Shown: positions 10,710 to 22,791, counted from the first letter of the stretch. The stretch: DNA of 64,000 nucleotides from an uncultured Nitrososphaeraceae archaeon (GCA_963779615.1 CAVZZA010000001.1:160001-224000), one strand, 5' to 3'. Program-made: numbers and translations. Notes: generated by a model not told the origin, from the letters alone.

Positions 10710-12761
10710 ATGATACCCTCGGATTTACTAAGGTATAAAATAGACTACAGAAACAACAAAATACACCCAATCTTGTGTTCCCTTAACAATAACAGTACAG
10801 AGTATCAAATAGCTCTTAAAGCCATTGAAATATTTGATGAATGTTACAAAAACAAGAACAATAAGGAAAAACTAGGCTATATGATAAAACTATTGGAACA
10901 TTCACAGAAAGACTATAAATTGGTAAGGGGGATATGCTCCATTTTAGAAAAGAAATGCACATTTAGCTCAATATTTGAAAGCGACAAAAATACAAATTCT
11001 CAAAGCTTTGACCCTTCAAAAGAGTGGGCAGGGAAATTAACACCGGCAGGCGTAAGGAGAATGGTTTTTGACGAATCTGCCTCAAACAACATTGCCATTA
11101 CAGATCAAAAAAGAGACGAGATCCTCAAGATAGTGTCCGACAGATTGGGGACAAGCACAGAATCAATCATGAAATCAATGTGGTCGGATTTGGAAGAAAA
11201 CACGATAATTTACGGCTATAGTTCTCCAGATCCCCTAACACTGCTTTTCCATTATAACGTTTCACTCATTCAAACCTTACTTTTTAACTGCCTCAGGATT
11301 GAAATTAAAATCAATTCAAGCAAAAGCATCGGCTTGCTATGGAAAAAGCTCTTGAGAGAGGTTAAAAGGCTGGGTTTAATGTATTGGCTTGAAATAGACA
11401 AAGACAATAACCCCGGCAGTACAAACGGTGGTGACGACGCAAACAACATAGTTTGTACAGTAGAGGGCGCATTGAGTGTGGTAAAACTAACTGAAAAATA
11501 TGGCAATGCCATAGCAAAACTCGTACCCTTAATATTCAAGGCAGACAACTGGAGCATTAAAGCAGATATCCTGCGGGTCACAGGCAACGGAAATAGGGCA
11601 ATATACAGCTTCCAAATGTCCGAGCAATCACACTCAGATTTGACATCACCAAAGAGTTTTAGAAAAACGCAGGAGGAACAAGGCCATCATCACAACCATC
11701 AGGCAACCGAAGGTGAAACCACGATAGAAAAAAACTCCAGGCTATCCCATACAGATAAACCAGCAGTCAAACGCGAGATCTCTTCTAAAGATAAAGCAGA
11801 TCATGTTTATGGTGGTGATGGTGATGGTGGTGATCTCGATAATCAAATATCATATGACAGTAACATAGAAAGAACATTTTCACAGAAATTCGAGCTGTTT
11901 AACACAGGGTGGTCGATAGAAAGAGAACCTGAACCACTAATAACAAAATCCAAAGCCGCGTTTATTCCAGACTTTATTTTAACTAAACACGAAAATAAGG
12001 TACTGGTGGAGATAATAGGATTTTGGACCACAGAGTATCTGGAGAGAAAAATAAACAAAATATCTCAAATAATAGAAAACTATGACAATCCCAACTTTTA
12101 CATAATATTAATAATTAACTTTGAGAATTTGGCCGTTTATGAAACAAACCAGCAGCAACAGCAACAGCAGGAGCGGGTCCATCCTTTCGCAAACATTAAA
12201 AACAAAAGCAACGTGCTAATCATCCCCTATAAAAACGAGTACATATCCTTTAGGGAAATAATGCCTTTTTTGAAAAACATTGAAAGAAAATACATTGACC
12301 TGAATTTTGGAAGGAAGATAGGCAAAGACAAAGACAATGTTTTACAAGAAATTGATGGAATTTTAATGGAATTTAAAAAATCATTTGATGCAATGACCAC
12401 ATGGAATGATATCAATGAGGGTGTAAGATCAGGGCAGACAAAAAGCACAATTCAAAATTTTGACTTGAAAGAAATATTGGAGAATAACGTTGAATTTAAA
12501 AGCGCAGTCGAAAAGAAATTGAACTTAAACAACCTTGTTGTTGTCAAGGACTTTATTTTTAAGGAGGCATTTATCAAAGAAACCCTGAATGAGCTAAAGG
12601 GCAGGAAAACAAAGAATTTAAAAGATGCATGCGAGTTTTTATCAATTAAAAAAATACCGGAAAAAGTACATATAGATTTACTGATTTTCATTGGATTTAA
12701 AATCAATTGGAATGGCCTTGATTACTCAGAATCAGAAATTATTTTCAGCCATCAGCAATAA
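10710..12761 (+). CDS. bax1: Bax1 (DUF790) endonuclease, XPB partner
   Basis: MIPSDLLR start, YN.SL.QTLLF, EREPEPL, FIPDF..VEIIGFWT.EYL.RK PD-(D/E)xK motif. Confidence 0.85.
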   Translation: MIPSDLLRYKIDYRNNKIHPILCSLNNNSTEYQIALKAIEIFDECYKNKNNKEKLGYMIKLLEHSQKDYKLVRGICSILEKKCTFSSIFESDKNTNSQSFDPSKEWAGKLTPAGVRRMVFDESASNNIAITDQKRDEILKIVSDRLGTSTESIMKSMWSDLEENTIIYGYSSPDPLTLLFHYNVSLIQTLLFNCLRIEIKINSSKSIGLLWKKLLREVKRLGLMYWLEIDKDNNPGSTNGGDDANNIVCTVEGALSVVKLTEKYGNAIAKLVPLIFKADNWSIKADILRVTGNGNRAIYSFQMSEQSHSDLTSPKSFRKTQEEQGHHHNHQATEGETTIEKNSRLSHTDKPAVKREISSKDKADHVYGGDGDGGDLDNQISYDSNIERTFSQKFELFNTGWSIEREPEPLITKSKAAFIPDFILTKHENKVLVEIIGFWTTEYLERKINKISQIIENYDNPNFYIILIINFENLAVYETNQQQQQQQERVHPFANIKNKSNVLIIPYKNEYISFREIMPFLKNIERKYIDLNFGRKIGKDKDNVLQEIDGILMEFKKSFDAMTTWNDINEGVRSGQTKSTIQNFDLKEILENNVEFKSAVEKKLNLNNLVVVKDFIFKEAFIKETLNELKGRKTKNLKDACEFLSIKKIPEKVHIDLLIFIGFKINWNGLDYSESEIIFSHQQ

Positions 12762-12814
12762 GTTTACAACCAATAAGAAAACAGTTTTAAAATAATAACT
12801 TATTATATATAGGT

Positions 12815-13216
12815 GTGTCCTTACGGATGGATAAAGAAAATGTACAAGTGACAAAGAAAGCGAAAACAGATGAAAAAACACCCACGCCAAACGCGCACCA
12901 AAAAATCGATCAGAGAGATGACAAATGGCTAAGAAACATTAAGGAAAGCTGGAGAAACGTTCAATGCACTTGCGGAAGTAAATATCATTTTGATGGAGAT
13001 ATAGACAAGCTTTTTGAATGGGAAAGCATTCACCTACGCCATTTTGCCTCAGATTCTGACAATCACTCGATAATCTCTTTTTATCCCACGGATATGATAA
13101 TATACTATCATTCAAAATCCGGCTATGTGATTGAGAGAAGAAAACACAAAAGCCATGAAATCAATGAAATTAACCAATCATTGTTCACAGGCAAAGTAAC
13201 CCTAACAGGAGTCTGA
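12815..13216 (+). CDS. Hypothetical protein with possible Zn site (CxCG...HxxH)
   Basis: ORF with upstream TATA, co-oriented with neighbours. Confidence 0.55.
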   Translation: MSLRMDKENVQVTKKAKTDEKTPTPNAHQKIDQRDDKWLRNIKESWRNVQCTCGSKYHFDGDIDKLFEWESIHLRHFASDSDNHSIISFYPTDMIIYYHSKSGYVIERRKHKSHEINEINQSLFTGKVTLTGV

Positions 13217-13240
13217 AATAAAGGTACTGAAAAAGACCAA

Positions 13241-14611
13241 GTGGTTTTAAAAAATACAAGCATTGTCATCATTGGAGCAGGAATTCTTGGGACAACCCTG
13301 TCCTACGTGATTTCATCTTTATCCGACGCAAAAATTACCTTAATTGAACAGGAAAACAAAGCGGGGTTTCACTCCAGTTCCAGAAACACAGGAAAAGTTC
13401 ACGCACCATTTATGTATGATCCGGAAAAAAAGAGGGTTTTAGCCAAGGCAGTGTCATATGGATACGATTTTTGGAGCATTTATTGCATGATAAAAAAAAT
13501 TTCGTTTAAAGAGGATGGCATAATAGAGGTGGCAACCAATACCAAAGGTAACGAAACAATACTCAAGCACATGGAATGGGGAATACGCAACGGATTGGGA
13601 AACAACGATATCCAGGTATTGGAAAAGAAGGAAGTTGAAAAAATTGAGCCAAATGTGAACTGCCAAACCGCCCTGTTGTGTAACAAGGATGCATCTGTAG
13701 ACTATGGAGAGATAACCCGAGCTTTGGCCATTGACGCCAGTAGAAACAAGGTCGACATCACGATGAATGCAAAGGTGACCAAAATTAAACACACACCTGA
13801 ATCTAACGGAGAAATTTATGTAAAGTACAAAAACCAACCACACAACAGCGAAAGCGAAATCAAGTGTGAATTTCTGATAAATGCTGCCGGTGGAAGTTCA
13901 CTGGATATGCTAAACATGATGAATTTAAACCACCATGGCCACTACAAGAACCTTCATTTTAGAGGGGAATACTGGGTTGCGCCGCAAAAATACAGGCATT
14001 TAACAAGTCACAGCATTTATTCGGTTCCAGAATTCCAACAATTTCCATTTTTGGATCCCCATTGGATAATAAGGTCCAATGGAAACAGGGAAATAGGGCC
14101 AAATGCCTGCCCGGTCTTCTCACAGTACGGATACGACACTAAAACGAATCTGAAAGAGGCATTTCCCAAAATATACGAATTTGTCAAAGGATCAGAAATA
14201 AAAAAGATAAAGAACATGATATTTAAAAAAGAAACCATAAAACTGGTGTCAAAGGAAATGTTAAGCAGCCTATCCAAAAGGCACATGATAAGCAGAGTTA
14301 AAAGGTTTTTGCCTTCATTAAAATCCAAAGACTTTGTGACCAGGGGAACTGCGGGTATCCGCTCAACTTTGATTGACAAAGACGGAAACTTCATGCTGAA
14401 CCCGTTATTTTTAATCGGCAACAACACACTGCATATCCTAAATTACAACTCACCCGGAGCAACAGGAGCTTTTTCAATCGGCTTGGCCCTGACCTTTAAG
14501 CTCATGGAAAAGGGAATAATAAAAAAAGATAAAGAGATAAACGCGCATTTTAAAGAAAAATTAATCTCAGATTGCGTAAAAGAAGTGGATGTCAGTTTAT
14601 TAAAAATCTAG
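13241..14611 (+). CDS. FAD-dependent oxidoreductase, LhgO/L-2-hydroxyglutarate oxidase-like
   Basis: IIGAGILG, HSSSRNTG.VH, FRGEY, PFL..H, GPNA, AGIR, SPGAT motifs. Confidence 0.85.
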   Translation: MVLKNTSIVIIGAGILGTTLSYVISSLSDAKITLIEQENKAGFHSSSRNTGKVHAPFMYDPEKKRVLAKAVSYGYDFWSIYCMIKKISFKEDGIIEVATNTKGNETILKHMEWGIRNGLGNNDIQVLEKKEVEKIEPNVNCQTALLCNKDASVDYGEITRALAIDASRNKVDITMNAKVTKIKHTPESNGEIYVKYKNQPHNSESEIKCEFLINAAGGSSLDMLNMMNLNHHGHYKNLHFRGEYWVAPQKYRHLTSHSIYSVPEFQQFPFLDPHWIIRSNGNREIGPNACPVFSQYGYDTKTNLKEAFPKIYEFVKGSEIKKIKNMIFKKETIKLVSKEMLSSLSKRHMISRVKRFLPSLKSKDFVTRGTAGIRSTLIDKDGNFMLNPLFLIGNNTLHILNYNSPGATGAFSIGLALTFKLMEKGIIKKDKEINAHFKEKLISDCVKEVDVSLLKI

Positions 14612-14697
14612 TCTCAAAAAAAAGGAAAGGAAAGGAAAGGAAAAGCATATTATCAATGGTTTAAATACGTACTTTAGATAATATCATTAAAATTTAC

Positions 14698-14771
14698 GGG
14701 ATCATAGTCTAGCTTGGTATGATGCCAGCCTCGGGCGCTGGAGGCCGCCGGTTCAAATCCGGCTGATCCCA
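14698..14771 (+). tRNA. tRNA-Pro(CGG)
   Basis: GGGATCA/TGATCCC acceptor stem, CCAGC-CTCGGGC-GCTGG anticodon arm, GTTCAAATC T-loop; TTTAAA box upstream. Confidence 0.95.
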
Positions 14772-15029
14772 TTATGGGATAACAACACAAGGTTTGAGTT
14801 TTGAAAAGAATAATGGTAACAAAGCCACACTAAAAAAGATAGTGGGGTAAAATAACATGTGACGGCCAAATATCCACCCTCCCCTTATTATTGGAATTCT
14901 TCTCATTCTTTTCCTCACAATGCCGTCACCACGTAAAACAACCAATCAAAAAAATGGAAATCAGGGGAGAAATAACAGATAACAGCACTTTAGATCAGAA
15001 ACAAAAGGCAAGTTATGTTTTATCCTGTA

Positions 15030-15901
15030 CTTTTCACCCTGCAAATGGTATGCCCTATTATTCTCTTTTTAGCCTGGCCATGATTATTATACTCTTCTTG
15101 TTCTACAGATAATTCTTGGTTTCTTTTCTTTTTGTTTGGTAGAGACGGCATTTGCTCTGGAAGGACTTTCTCAACCGCAATACCCAAGGCCAAACACATT
15201 TACAACCTGCTTTGGAGTGACAGGATGAATCTTCTTATAGATATCATAGTCATGTCTATTCCCTATCTTGATTTGTTTTGTGAATGATAAGGCCAAGGTT
15301 GTTAACCATAAGTTGATTTTTGATGGTGTGTCTCTTTTTCTTTCCTGAGTAACACACTTTCCTTCTTTCTTTATTCTTTGGTCTTAATCTGCTGCTCTGA
15401 ACAATCCACGAAAGCAATAAAACCCGGAAAGTATTGCTCAACCTCCTCAGGTGTTCTTAGCCTTTTGGTTGTTTTGTGCATCTTTTGCAAAATTGGCACG
15501 CATTTTCTTACCAGCGGCTCAATCTTTTGAACATCCCTGGAGATGTTGCTCTGGTCCAAGTCAAACATAAAGCCGGCCAACGTGTGGGTTATGTAAAGAC
15601 GGCAACAGTGGACCAAAAGCATCAGAAGCCTGTTTTTAACATCCAGATTGAAATGTCGTCCAGCACCATGGATCGTTCCTTGCCATTTTTTCTTTTGGAT
15701 AATCGCCGGATTCCATGCCTGCCGTGTCTTTTCAATATCCCCGTATCATAAATATCGTCAAACTCTTACCGTTAGGCCGGTAAATGACTTGAAAAGCAAT
15801 GGTTTTTTGGACAAACTGTCATACAAGAGCAAAGAAAGGAAATGAGATTGATACGATGATGATCATAAAGCTGTTTAGGGGTCAATTACGCAAGAGATCT
15901 A
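15030..15901 (-). mobile_element. Decayed IS5-family (DDE_Tnp_4/ISL2-like) transposase; boundaries approximate
   Basis: Fragments FKSFTGL, LDQSNISRD, FVDCSEQQI.RPK and YSGKKKRHTIKNQ spread over several frames. Confidence 0.75.
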
Positions 15902-16111
15902 ATGAATGAAAATAAGAAAGTCAAACCATTTACATTTGCAAGGTTCATTTATTCTATTTGTTGGTAACATGCCTATCTATTTTCATCTGCCCTACACAGA
16001 TAAACCAAAGAATAAACATACAAAAAATAAATCAGATTTTCGTTTTTTTATACATGTAGACACAAGACATGTAGATGATAACACATCTGTTAAATCAGAA
16101 GAGTATAGTGT

Positions 16112-16789
16112 CTATTTCTTTCTGAGTGCAAAAAATAGGAAAGTCAAATCGAGTCCAATAGGCCAATGTACAACCTTATCCTCGCATGTAAAATCTATCG
16201 GTTCAACAAGTTCAAAACCATTTTTTTCAGCTATCATAACGATATTACCTATTTCATCCTTACTGAAAATAATGTCAGGCACACTGCTAAAAGAAAAAAC
16301 CTTTGTTGAATTGTGGATTTTATCATACCAGTAATCGGTAGACGTTAAAATCATACCACCCTTCTTTAATACTCTATTCATTTCTTTAAAATAATTTTCA
16401 ATATCAACGCCATGTTCAATAACAGATAATGATGTGATATAGTCAAACATATCATTTCTGTAATTTGTATTTTCTAGATCTTGAATGGATAAGTTGAGTT
16501 GTTTGGTTTCATCTATCTCTGATTGTGGATTGCCATAGTCATTCAGGGAAAGGTCACATCCGTATAATTCTTTAAAACCAAGACTTTTAAGCATTGATAA
16601 AATAGGAGATGAATTACAGCCTACATCAAGAACAAAGGAATTTCTATCTGCTTTATTGATTATATCTATTATTTTGCTTACATCCCATGATTTTAATCTG
16701 TCTGAATGTGGAAAAAGATGAAGTGAAAGAAGATATCTTACTGCCTCATCCACTTGAGACATATTCTTTAAGGCCGAGTTATAATGCAT
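16112..16789 (-). CDS. Class I SAM-dependent methyltransferase
   Basis: VLDVGC, FDYITSLSVIEH and RVLKKGG motifs. Confidence 0.9.
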   Translation of the reverse strand: MHYNSALKNMSQVDEAVRYLLSLHLFPHSDRLKSWDVSKIIDIINKADRNSFVLDVGCNSSPILSMLKSLGFKELYGCDLSLNDYGNPQSEIDETKQLNLSIQDLENTNYRNDMFDYITSLSVIEHGVDIENYFKEMNRVLKKGGMILTSTDYWYDKIHNSTKVFSFSSVPDIIFSKDEIGNIVMIAEKNGFELVEPIDFTCEDKVVHWPIGLDLTFLFFALRKK

Positions 16790-17049
16790 AGTTAAACCTT
16801 ATCAAATAACTTAAGTTGCAATATAAATCGATATCGTTTTATTTCAAAAGTAAACTTTTAGAAGGTTATCCATAAACTGATTTGTTGCCCTATTGAATAT
16901 TTTTATGGTATAATATTTTATTGATTTTGGATTTATTAATGCATCATAACCAAATATTCAGAGCTTGCTTTGATTTAGCGTCATTAACTGCTTTGTCACC
17001 TAACTCAACCTTTTAAGCCTAGTCTACCATTTTCAATCATTTGTGACTG

Positions 17050-17560
17050 ACTGGCCATTGTATAATCGATCACTGGTTAGGCGAATAGAGATACTTTTGT
17101 CATACGAAGAATGAATGTTACAGTTTGATTTTAGGGACATGCAGGCCTGTAGTGGATCCACATGTCCCCACCTGTGGTCGGCTGAAACCTTGTCTGCCAT
17201 ATGCATAAATAATGCCAGACAAAGAGTGCCCGTGTCCTGTCATTGCGAACATATTTCGTTCTTCAGATGGCGGAACATCAAAAAAAATATGTAGTTCCAA
17301 TTCCATTTTGGCTACCCATATGCGACAGGGTTAATGGCCAGCCTTGATTGAGGTTTCATCAATAATATGGCCAGAAATCCAAATTTCTGCAAAACAACCT
17401 TTCCGTCTGGCCTGGATTTTGAATCCAAATCCCCGACTGCAATACGGCTTTTTACAACAAGCCGTTACAGAGCTGCATTTTTTAAAGAATAACGAAGGCA
17501 TTAAAGATGCAGGGATAGATATACCCTAAATAGTTCTTCGCCTCCATCTCTGAGACATAT
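17050..17560 (-). mobile_element. IS6-family transposase relic; boundaries approximate
   Basis: Degenerate IIDET.IKAG, WVA and SEERNMFA fragments with stops. Confidence 0.6.
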
Positions 17561-17929
17561 GTAATAAATACATCAAGAAAGAATACTATAGCTTTTTCTT
17601 AACTTTCCTTACAGAGTCATACAGACATGCAAAAGCAAAATATGATCTGATTTACGTGTCTTTGAAAAAACTATTACCCAGAACTCCAAAATATTATAAC
17701 CCATTCAGAAAACTAGATTGTAAACAAGTCATCATTAATGCCAGGTTTTGCATCACCATAGTCCAAAGTAAAATATTTTTTATTGAAGGCGGCTAAAATA
17801 ATAAAAGTAATAGCCTAAAAACTTAAATATATTGCAAATATTAGAAGCATAAAGTCTATTAATTTGTGTAGATGGCAACTAGCATAAATATTAAATATCA
17901 TACTGCATATACTAACTATAAATTATCCT

Positions 17930-19033
17930 ATGGATGAGTTATTAAGAAAATTTTACAAGAATTATAAATCCTCTAAAGTAAATAACGTATTTACCAAGCC
18001 ATCAAACAGAAAAACAGGAGGCAATAATTCTGAATCTCCCCCGACCAACTTAGTCCAAGAGGGTATTATAGCAGGCCAAAAAATTGCAAAAATATCAGTC
18101 ATAACTTTGATAAGCATTGGAATAGTGGAGATAGCTGCCGGTTACTTTAGCGGCAGCAATGTGGCAACCGCAGATGGAATTGATTCCCTATCTGATGCAT
18201 TGATTTCCTTTATGGTCTTGATAGGTTTAAGAATTGCCCATAAGCCAGCCGATAGGAAATTTCACTTTGGGTACCACAAAGTCGAAAGTTTTGCAGCCCT
18301 GATGGCCGCAATAGGAATGATAGTTATCGGTGTAGTCATACTGTACAACTCATACCAAACACTGTTGCATCCCCATGAGATCAATCATCCGTACATTGTT
18401 ATGGCAATATTAGCTGGAGCAAGCGCTCTTTCCTTGCACAGGGCATTTCAAATGCGCACCATTGCAAACAAGTACAATCTGCTTTCACTCAAAACAGACG
18501 CAAGAAACTCAATAAAGGACGGTTCAGCGTCTGTTGTTGGTTTCTTTAGCATACTGATTTCGACACAGTTTGGATTTGTCCAAATGGATGCAATAGGTGG
18601 AATGATTATAGCCTTCTACATCTTTTCCGTATCATACATATCGCTAAAGAGGTCATCCCTTATACTTGTAGACTCATGGCAAAACCCAAAGTTAACTGAA
18701 ATAATCAAAAACATAATTTCCGAACAATTCAAGGATGAACAGATCCACGTCAGAGAGGTTTTACTTCGCTCGTCTGGAATGGTCGATCAGGCTGAAATTC
18801 ACGTTGCAGTAGACGGAAAGGAGTCGATATCAGAGGTAGAAGAGCTTTCACTGCAAATCCAGGAGGTTGTCAATTCGAAATTCCCATCAATAGAAAGAGT
18901 TTTGGTTGTACCTCATGCTTATTCAAAAACAGACAGCAACGTTAGCGCATCAAGGAGAAACCTATTAAGGAACATAAAGCTAAAGAAACCCTCAATGTAC
19001 ACAAACAAAGGCAACAATGTTGGACAGAAATAA
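17930..19033 (+). CDS. Cation diffusion facilitator (FieF-like)
   Basis: ADGIDSLSD, KPAD.KFHFGYHKVE, C-terminal dimerisation domain. Confidence 0.9.
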   Translation: MDELLRKFYKNYKSSKVNNVFTKPSNRKTGGNNSESPPTNLVQEGIIAGQKIAKISVITLISIGIVEIAAGYFSGSNVATADGIDSLSDALISFMVLIGLRIAHKPADRKFHFGYHKVESFAALMAAIGMIVIGVVILYNSYQTLLHPHEINHPYIVMAILAGASALSLHRAFQMRTIANKYNLLSLKTDARNSIKDGSASVVGFFSILISTQFGFVQMDAIGGMIIAFYIFSVSYISLKRSSLILVDSWQNPKLTEIIKNIISEQFKDEQIHVREVLLRSSGMVDQAEIHVAVDGKESISEVEELSLQIQEVVNSKFPSIERVLVVPHAYSKTDSNVSASRRNLLRNIKLKKPSMYTNKGNNVGQK

Positions 19034-19367
19034 GCAGTAGGGAAGAAGAATAAACACGGCTTTGGAAAAATAATTTTTTATTTTATTTTATTTTAAGACC
19101 CCTGAAATTTAAATCACTACTAAAAAAAACAAGGAATAATATTTTGAAAGAACAGGAATTTTTTAAAATCAATCGTGGTATGTGTTATACGCGATCAGTG
19201 ATAAAAAAGTGTTGAATTTTCAATCCGCCATTAGGATGGGATACTCAATTCAAAAATCGCGCCTTGAATACAGGATATGGTTTTTGCCCCATCTATAGTA
19301 ACGTATTATGCCTAATCCACATACTTTTGTAAACCAAATTGGCAAATGATGAAACGAATATTGTGGA

Positions 19368-19718
19368 TTATTGTATTCCTGCCAGCCCTGAAAGTCCTGT
19401 CAACCCGGTTATTCCTTGGCTGCTCGGGTTGTTATTCCCGGTTATTCCTTGGCTGCTCTGGTCGTTAAACCCTTTTGCGGTGTTATCATTGCCTGATATT
19501 TGAGCGCCTTGGTTGCCCTGGACACACCCTGGAGACCTGTAGCAGAAGTTATCTTGATCCAGATGCTGGTTGGTGCGACTATCAGATTTGGATTTTAAGT
19601 TTTTATGAGGCTGATCATTACCAGCAGCATATGATTGGAGGGGAATCAAACTTGTTCCCATAACTAGTAATGACGTTATTGCCGCTACTACAATCAATGA
19701 ACTTTTGACATTATTCAT
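19368..19718 (-). CDS. Secreted 'DQDNxCYR...GFNDQS' family protein 1, short Gly-X-Y tail
   Basis: Signal GTSLIPLQSYA; NQHLDQDNFCYRSPGCVQGNQGAQISGNDNTAKGFNDQS. Confidence 0.75.
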   Translation of the reverse strand: MNNVKSSLIVVAAITSLLVMGTSLIPLQSYAAGNDQPHKNLKSKSDSRTNQHLDQDNFCYRSPGCVQGNQGAQISGNDNTAKGFNDQSSQGITGNNNPSSQGITGLTGLSGLAGIQ

Positions 19719-20280
19719 ATACTAATTATTGATCATTTAATAATTTAATTGAAATTCGTCTTTTAATACTTCAAGTTTCTATCAATTTATCATAGCAAAA
19801 AAGTAATTATAACAATAATACTAGACATAGTCTAGTGAATATTTATTGTATCTTTATTAGTGATTCTACAACCTAATTATTATTCTATTTTTACTACCAA
19901 ATTTAGGACCGAGTAATTTTTGCAGTAGTTTTTTATTGACCTATAAAATCCTATTTTAGAATAGATACAATGTTTCAAAAACCAATGATTCCCGGCAAAC
20001 AAAAGATATCAAAATAAAATAACTGTTATTTTTATCTATAACTAAAGAATATAAATACAATAAAAAGGAATTTGAATAAAAAATTGGCTATTTCACAACA
20101 TATCCTCCAAATCAATAAATTCAAACGATAGATCTCAAACCTTAAACCTTGTTAAGATGTTGTAAAAAACATATTGAAAAGCATGAAACAGAACTTTGAC
20201 TAAAGATCAACATCTAATTGAATTTGTGATTTATAAAAAATTTTTTCTGGCTTTATTATTATGAAAATAAAAAAAAGGAG

Positions 20281-21138
20281 TTAGACTATGGGTTCGTTTT
20301 CAAAACACACCACAGTAGTGGTTACAGTAGTGGTGCCAGAATTAGAAGCAACTGCTGTGGTTGTCCACCCTGTAGGAGGAGTTGTCGGTCCACCACCAAC
20401 TGGTAGGAAGATGGTCACTCTTGGGCCATTAGTGGTAGTATAAGAGCCACTCAAAGCAGTGTCCCCAGTATCACAATTAACTGCGGATGGAGTAGTAGTG
20501 CAGTTATTTCCTGAACAGGTCCCCGGAGTAGCATCTGTTACAGTGTAAATGTTTCCGGTTACGTTAGATGGACCAGGTGGACCTCTTTCACCATCGGCTC
20601 CATCTTCACCATTAGTACCATCAATACCATTTGCCATCACGCCATCTTTACCTGGTGCACCATCTTCACCATTAGTACCATCAATACCATTAGTGCCATC
20701 TTTACCGGGGGCACCATCTTCACCATCAATACCATTGATACCATTTGACCATCAGTACCTGGGGGGACCTGCTGGACCTGCGGGACCTGCTGGACCAACT
20801 GCGCCTGAGCCGGCCGTTGTTGAGGTTGGGATTGATTCGATATCAAAGTTTTTGCTCTGGTCATTGAATCCCGTTGCTTCATTATCATTGCCCTCTATCT
20901 GTTGGGCATCATTGGCCTGTTGACACTCGGGGGATCTGTAGCAGAGGTTATCTTGATCCAGATCCTGGTTTGCTTTTGAATTTGAATCTTTAGAAAAATC
21001 TCCTCCCCAATCTTCGGTTTCATCGTGCGAATCTGAATTGTCCTTGACCGCATACGATTGCATTGGGATTATGTTTGTCCCCAAAATTAGGGACGATGCT
21101 ATTAAAGATATAATAAATAGGTTTTTTGTATTTTTCAT
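20281..21138 (-). CDS. Secreted family protein 2: cassette + collagen-like stalk + Cys-containing tip; interrupted by compensating indels near 20748-20766
   Basis: ORFs 20752-21138 and 20281-20640 share a frame; GPA/GxD triplets lie between them; C-terminal CDTGDTALSGSY...VVCF domain. Confidence 0.75.
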
Positions 21139-22001
21139 ACTATGAATTGATAGTCCTTTTTATGCATTATATGAAATAGGTCTGCTTATACTCGAACCCC
21201 TTTTTGAATTTTTTAGCCTATAAAAATCAGCATAACAATAATACCGAGTATATTTAGGTGAATATCTAACAGATTTGCATATTTAATTTATTGATTTGGT
21301 TGTGGGTTATTGGAACACCTTTAAGACTTATTGTCATCATAGCACATATGCAAGTTAAAGTTACTATCGTAAAACAGTTTTTTAAAAAAGTATTAAATCC
21401 TTTATCTTTTGGCAAGATCATGGTTAAGAGAGAACTCAAGTAGGTCCTCTGGTTTTTTCCATCCTTTACACTGGTATTTATCGATGTTTACAAATAAGTT
21501 ATACAACAATTTTTGTGCGAATTGAAGAGCAAAAAATTAACAAAATTGGCTGTTTTTATTACTCGTAATCAACTAAAACCGATAAGAACTCAACCAGCAG
21601 CCAAAGTGAACAGGACCAATATCTTTGATGTCGATAATATTCTGGCATCAATTAGATTCATGTAAACCATAGCCCAAGTTGCTGATGGAACAACAGATAC
21701 TATCCTTATAACAATAATCATAACACAAACCCGCTGTAAATGTAATGGACATTTGATAATACCGATATATTCATAAAGTCTGAAATGAAGCCCGGTAATT
21801 AACAAATAAAAAAGAAATCAACAGATCTGGAAACTCATTTGTTCTCCACTTTTTTATCAGCATATAATTCATCTTATCGTTTATATTATATGATCATGAA
21901 AGGTGTTTTACAACCTTTTGTAATTACTATTTATATGCCTTTTTGATTACAAAATGATTATTTTCCATAGGCTTATATACGATATTTTCAAACTTTAAAC
22001 A

Positions 22002-22791
22002 ATGAAGACAAATTTTGATAAAGTAATATTAGTTTTTACCATTTTAGCGATAACATCATTTTTGTATTATTCATCCAGTGCAGATACTGTATCTGCGCAA
22101 GTGAACAATAGCGGTAGCGGTAACAACCAGCCAAACATCAATGCGCAGAGTCTTTTCAACACTAAAACAATGGTATTGGGAAACAATGTAAAGAACCTTG
22201 TGATACTCATACCTGATGAGGGACACCACGGTCCCAATGAAGTCGATGAGGCCAGGTTCCTTGAACAGCAATTTGTTCCCGCAAATGCAGTAATCAACGC
22301 TGGAACCACCGTAGCATGGTTTAGTGGCGATGTGGGGCATGAGCGTACGGTTAACGTAAAGGATGCAACTGGCAATTCAGTTTTATTCAGTACCTGGGAT
22401 AATACCAGAAAGCCAGGTATCAAAAACATACACATTCAACACTCCTGGCACCTATAACTATGAGGCAATGGGCGACCCAGGCGTCATAATGAAAGGAAAC
22501 ATAACCGTCAAAAGCATTCAATCCCCAGTAACCTCACCCACTGCGCCGAGTGGTGGAATAGACACAGTAGGAGTGTTGATGGTTCCGACACAGGGCATAG
22601 ACAAATATACGCAGGACATCAAGAATGCCGGTTTAACGGTTGACAGTGGGCATAGCTTCACTGACCTAAGGGGAGGCCAGAAGGGAACAGGGGATGTGCA
22701 GACACTCTTGGTGTGGACCTCAGGGGGAAAGGATTTGAACAGTGTGGTTGCGCCCTTAAGGCAGATATCCTTAGCATTGCCATACAGCTAA
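22002..22791 (+). CDS. Secreted cupredoxin-fold protein, frameshift near 22393
   Basis: Signal peptide; F.P....I.AGTTV.W, H.RTV, YTFNTPGTY.Y, MKGNITV. Confidence 0.7.

Noticed and set aside
20549-20923. Pro/Ser-rich plus-strand ORF
   Set aside because: Antisense shadow of the collagen repeats.
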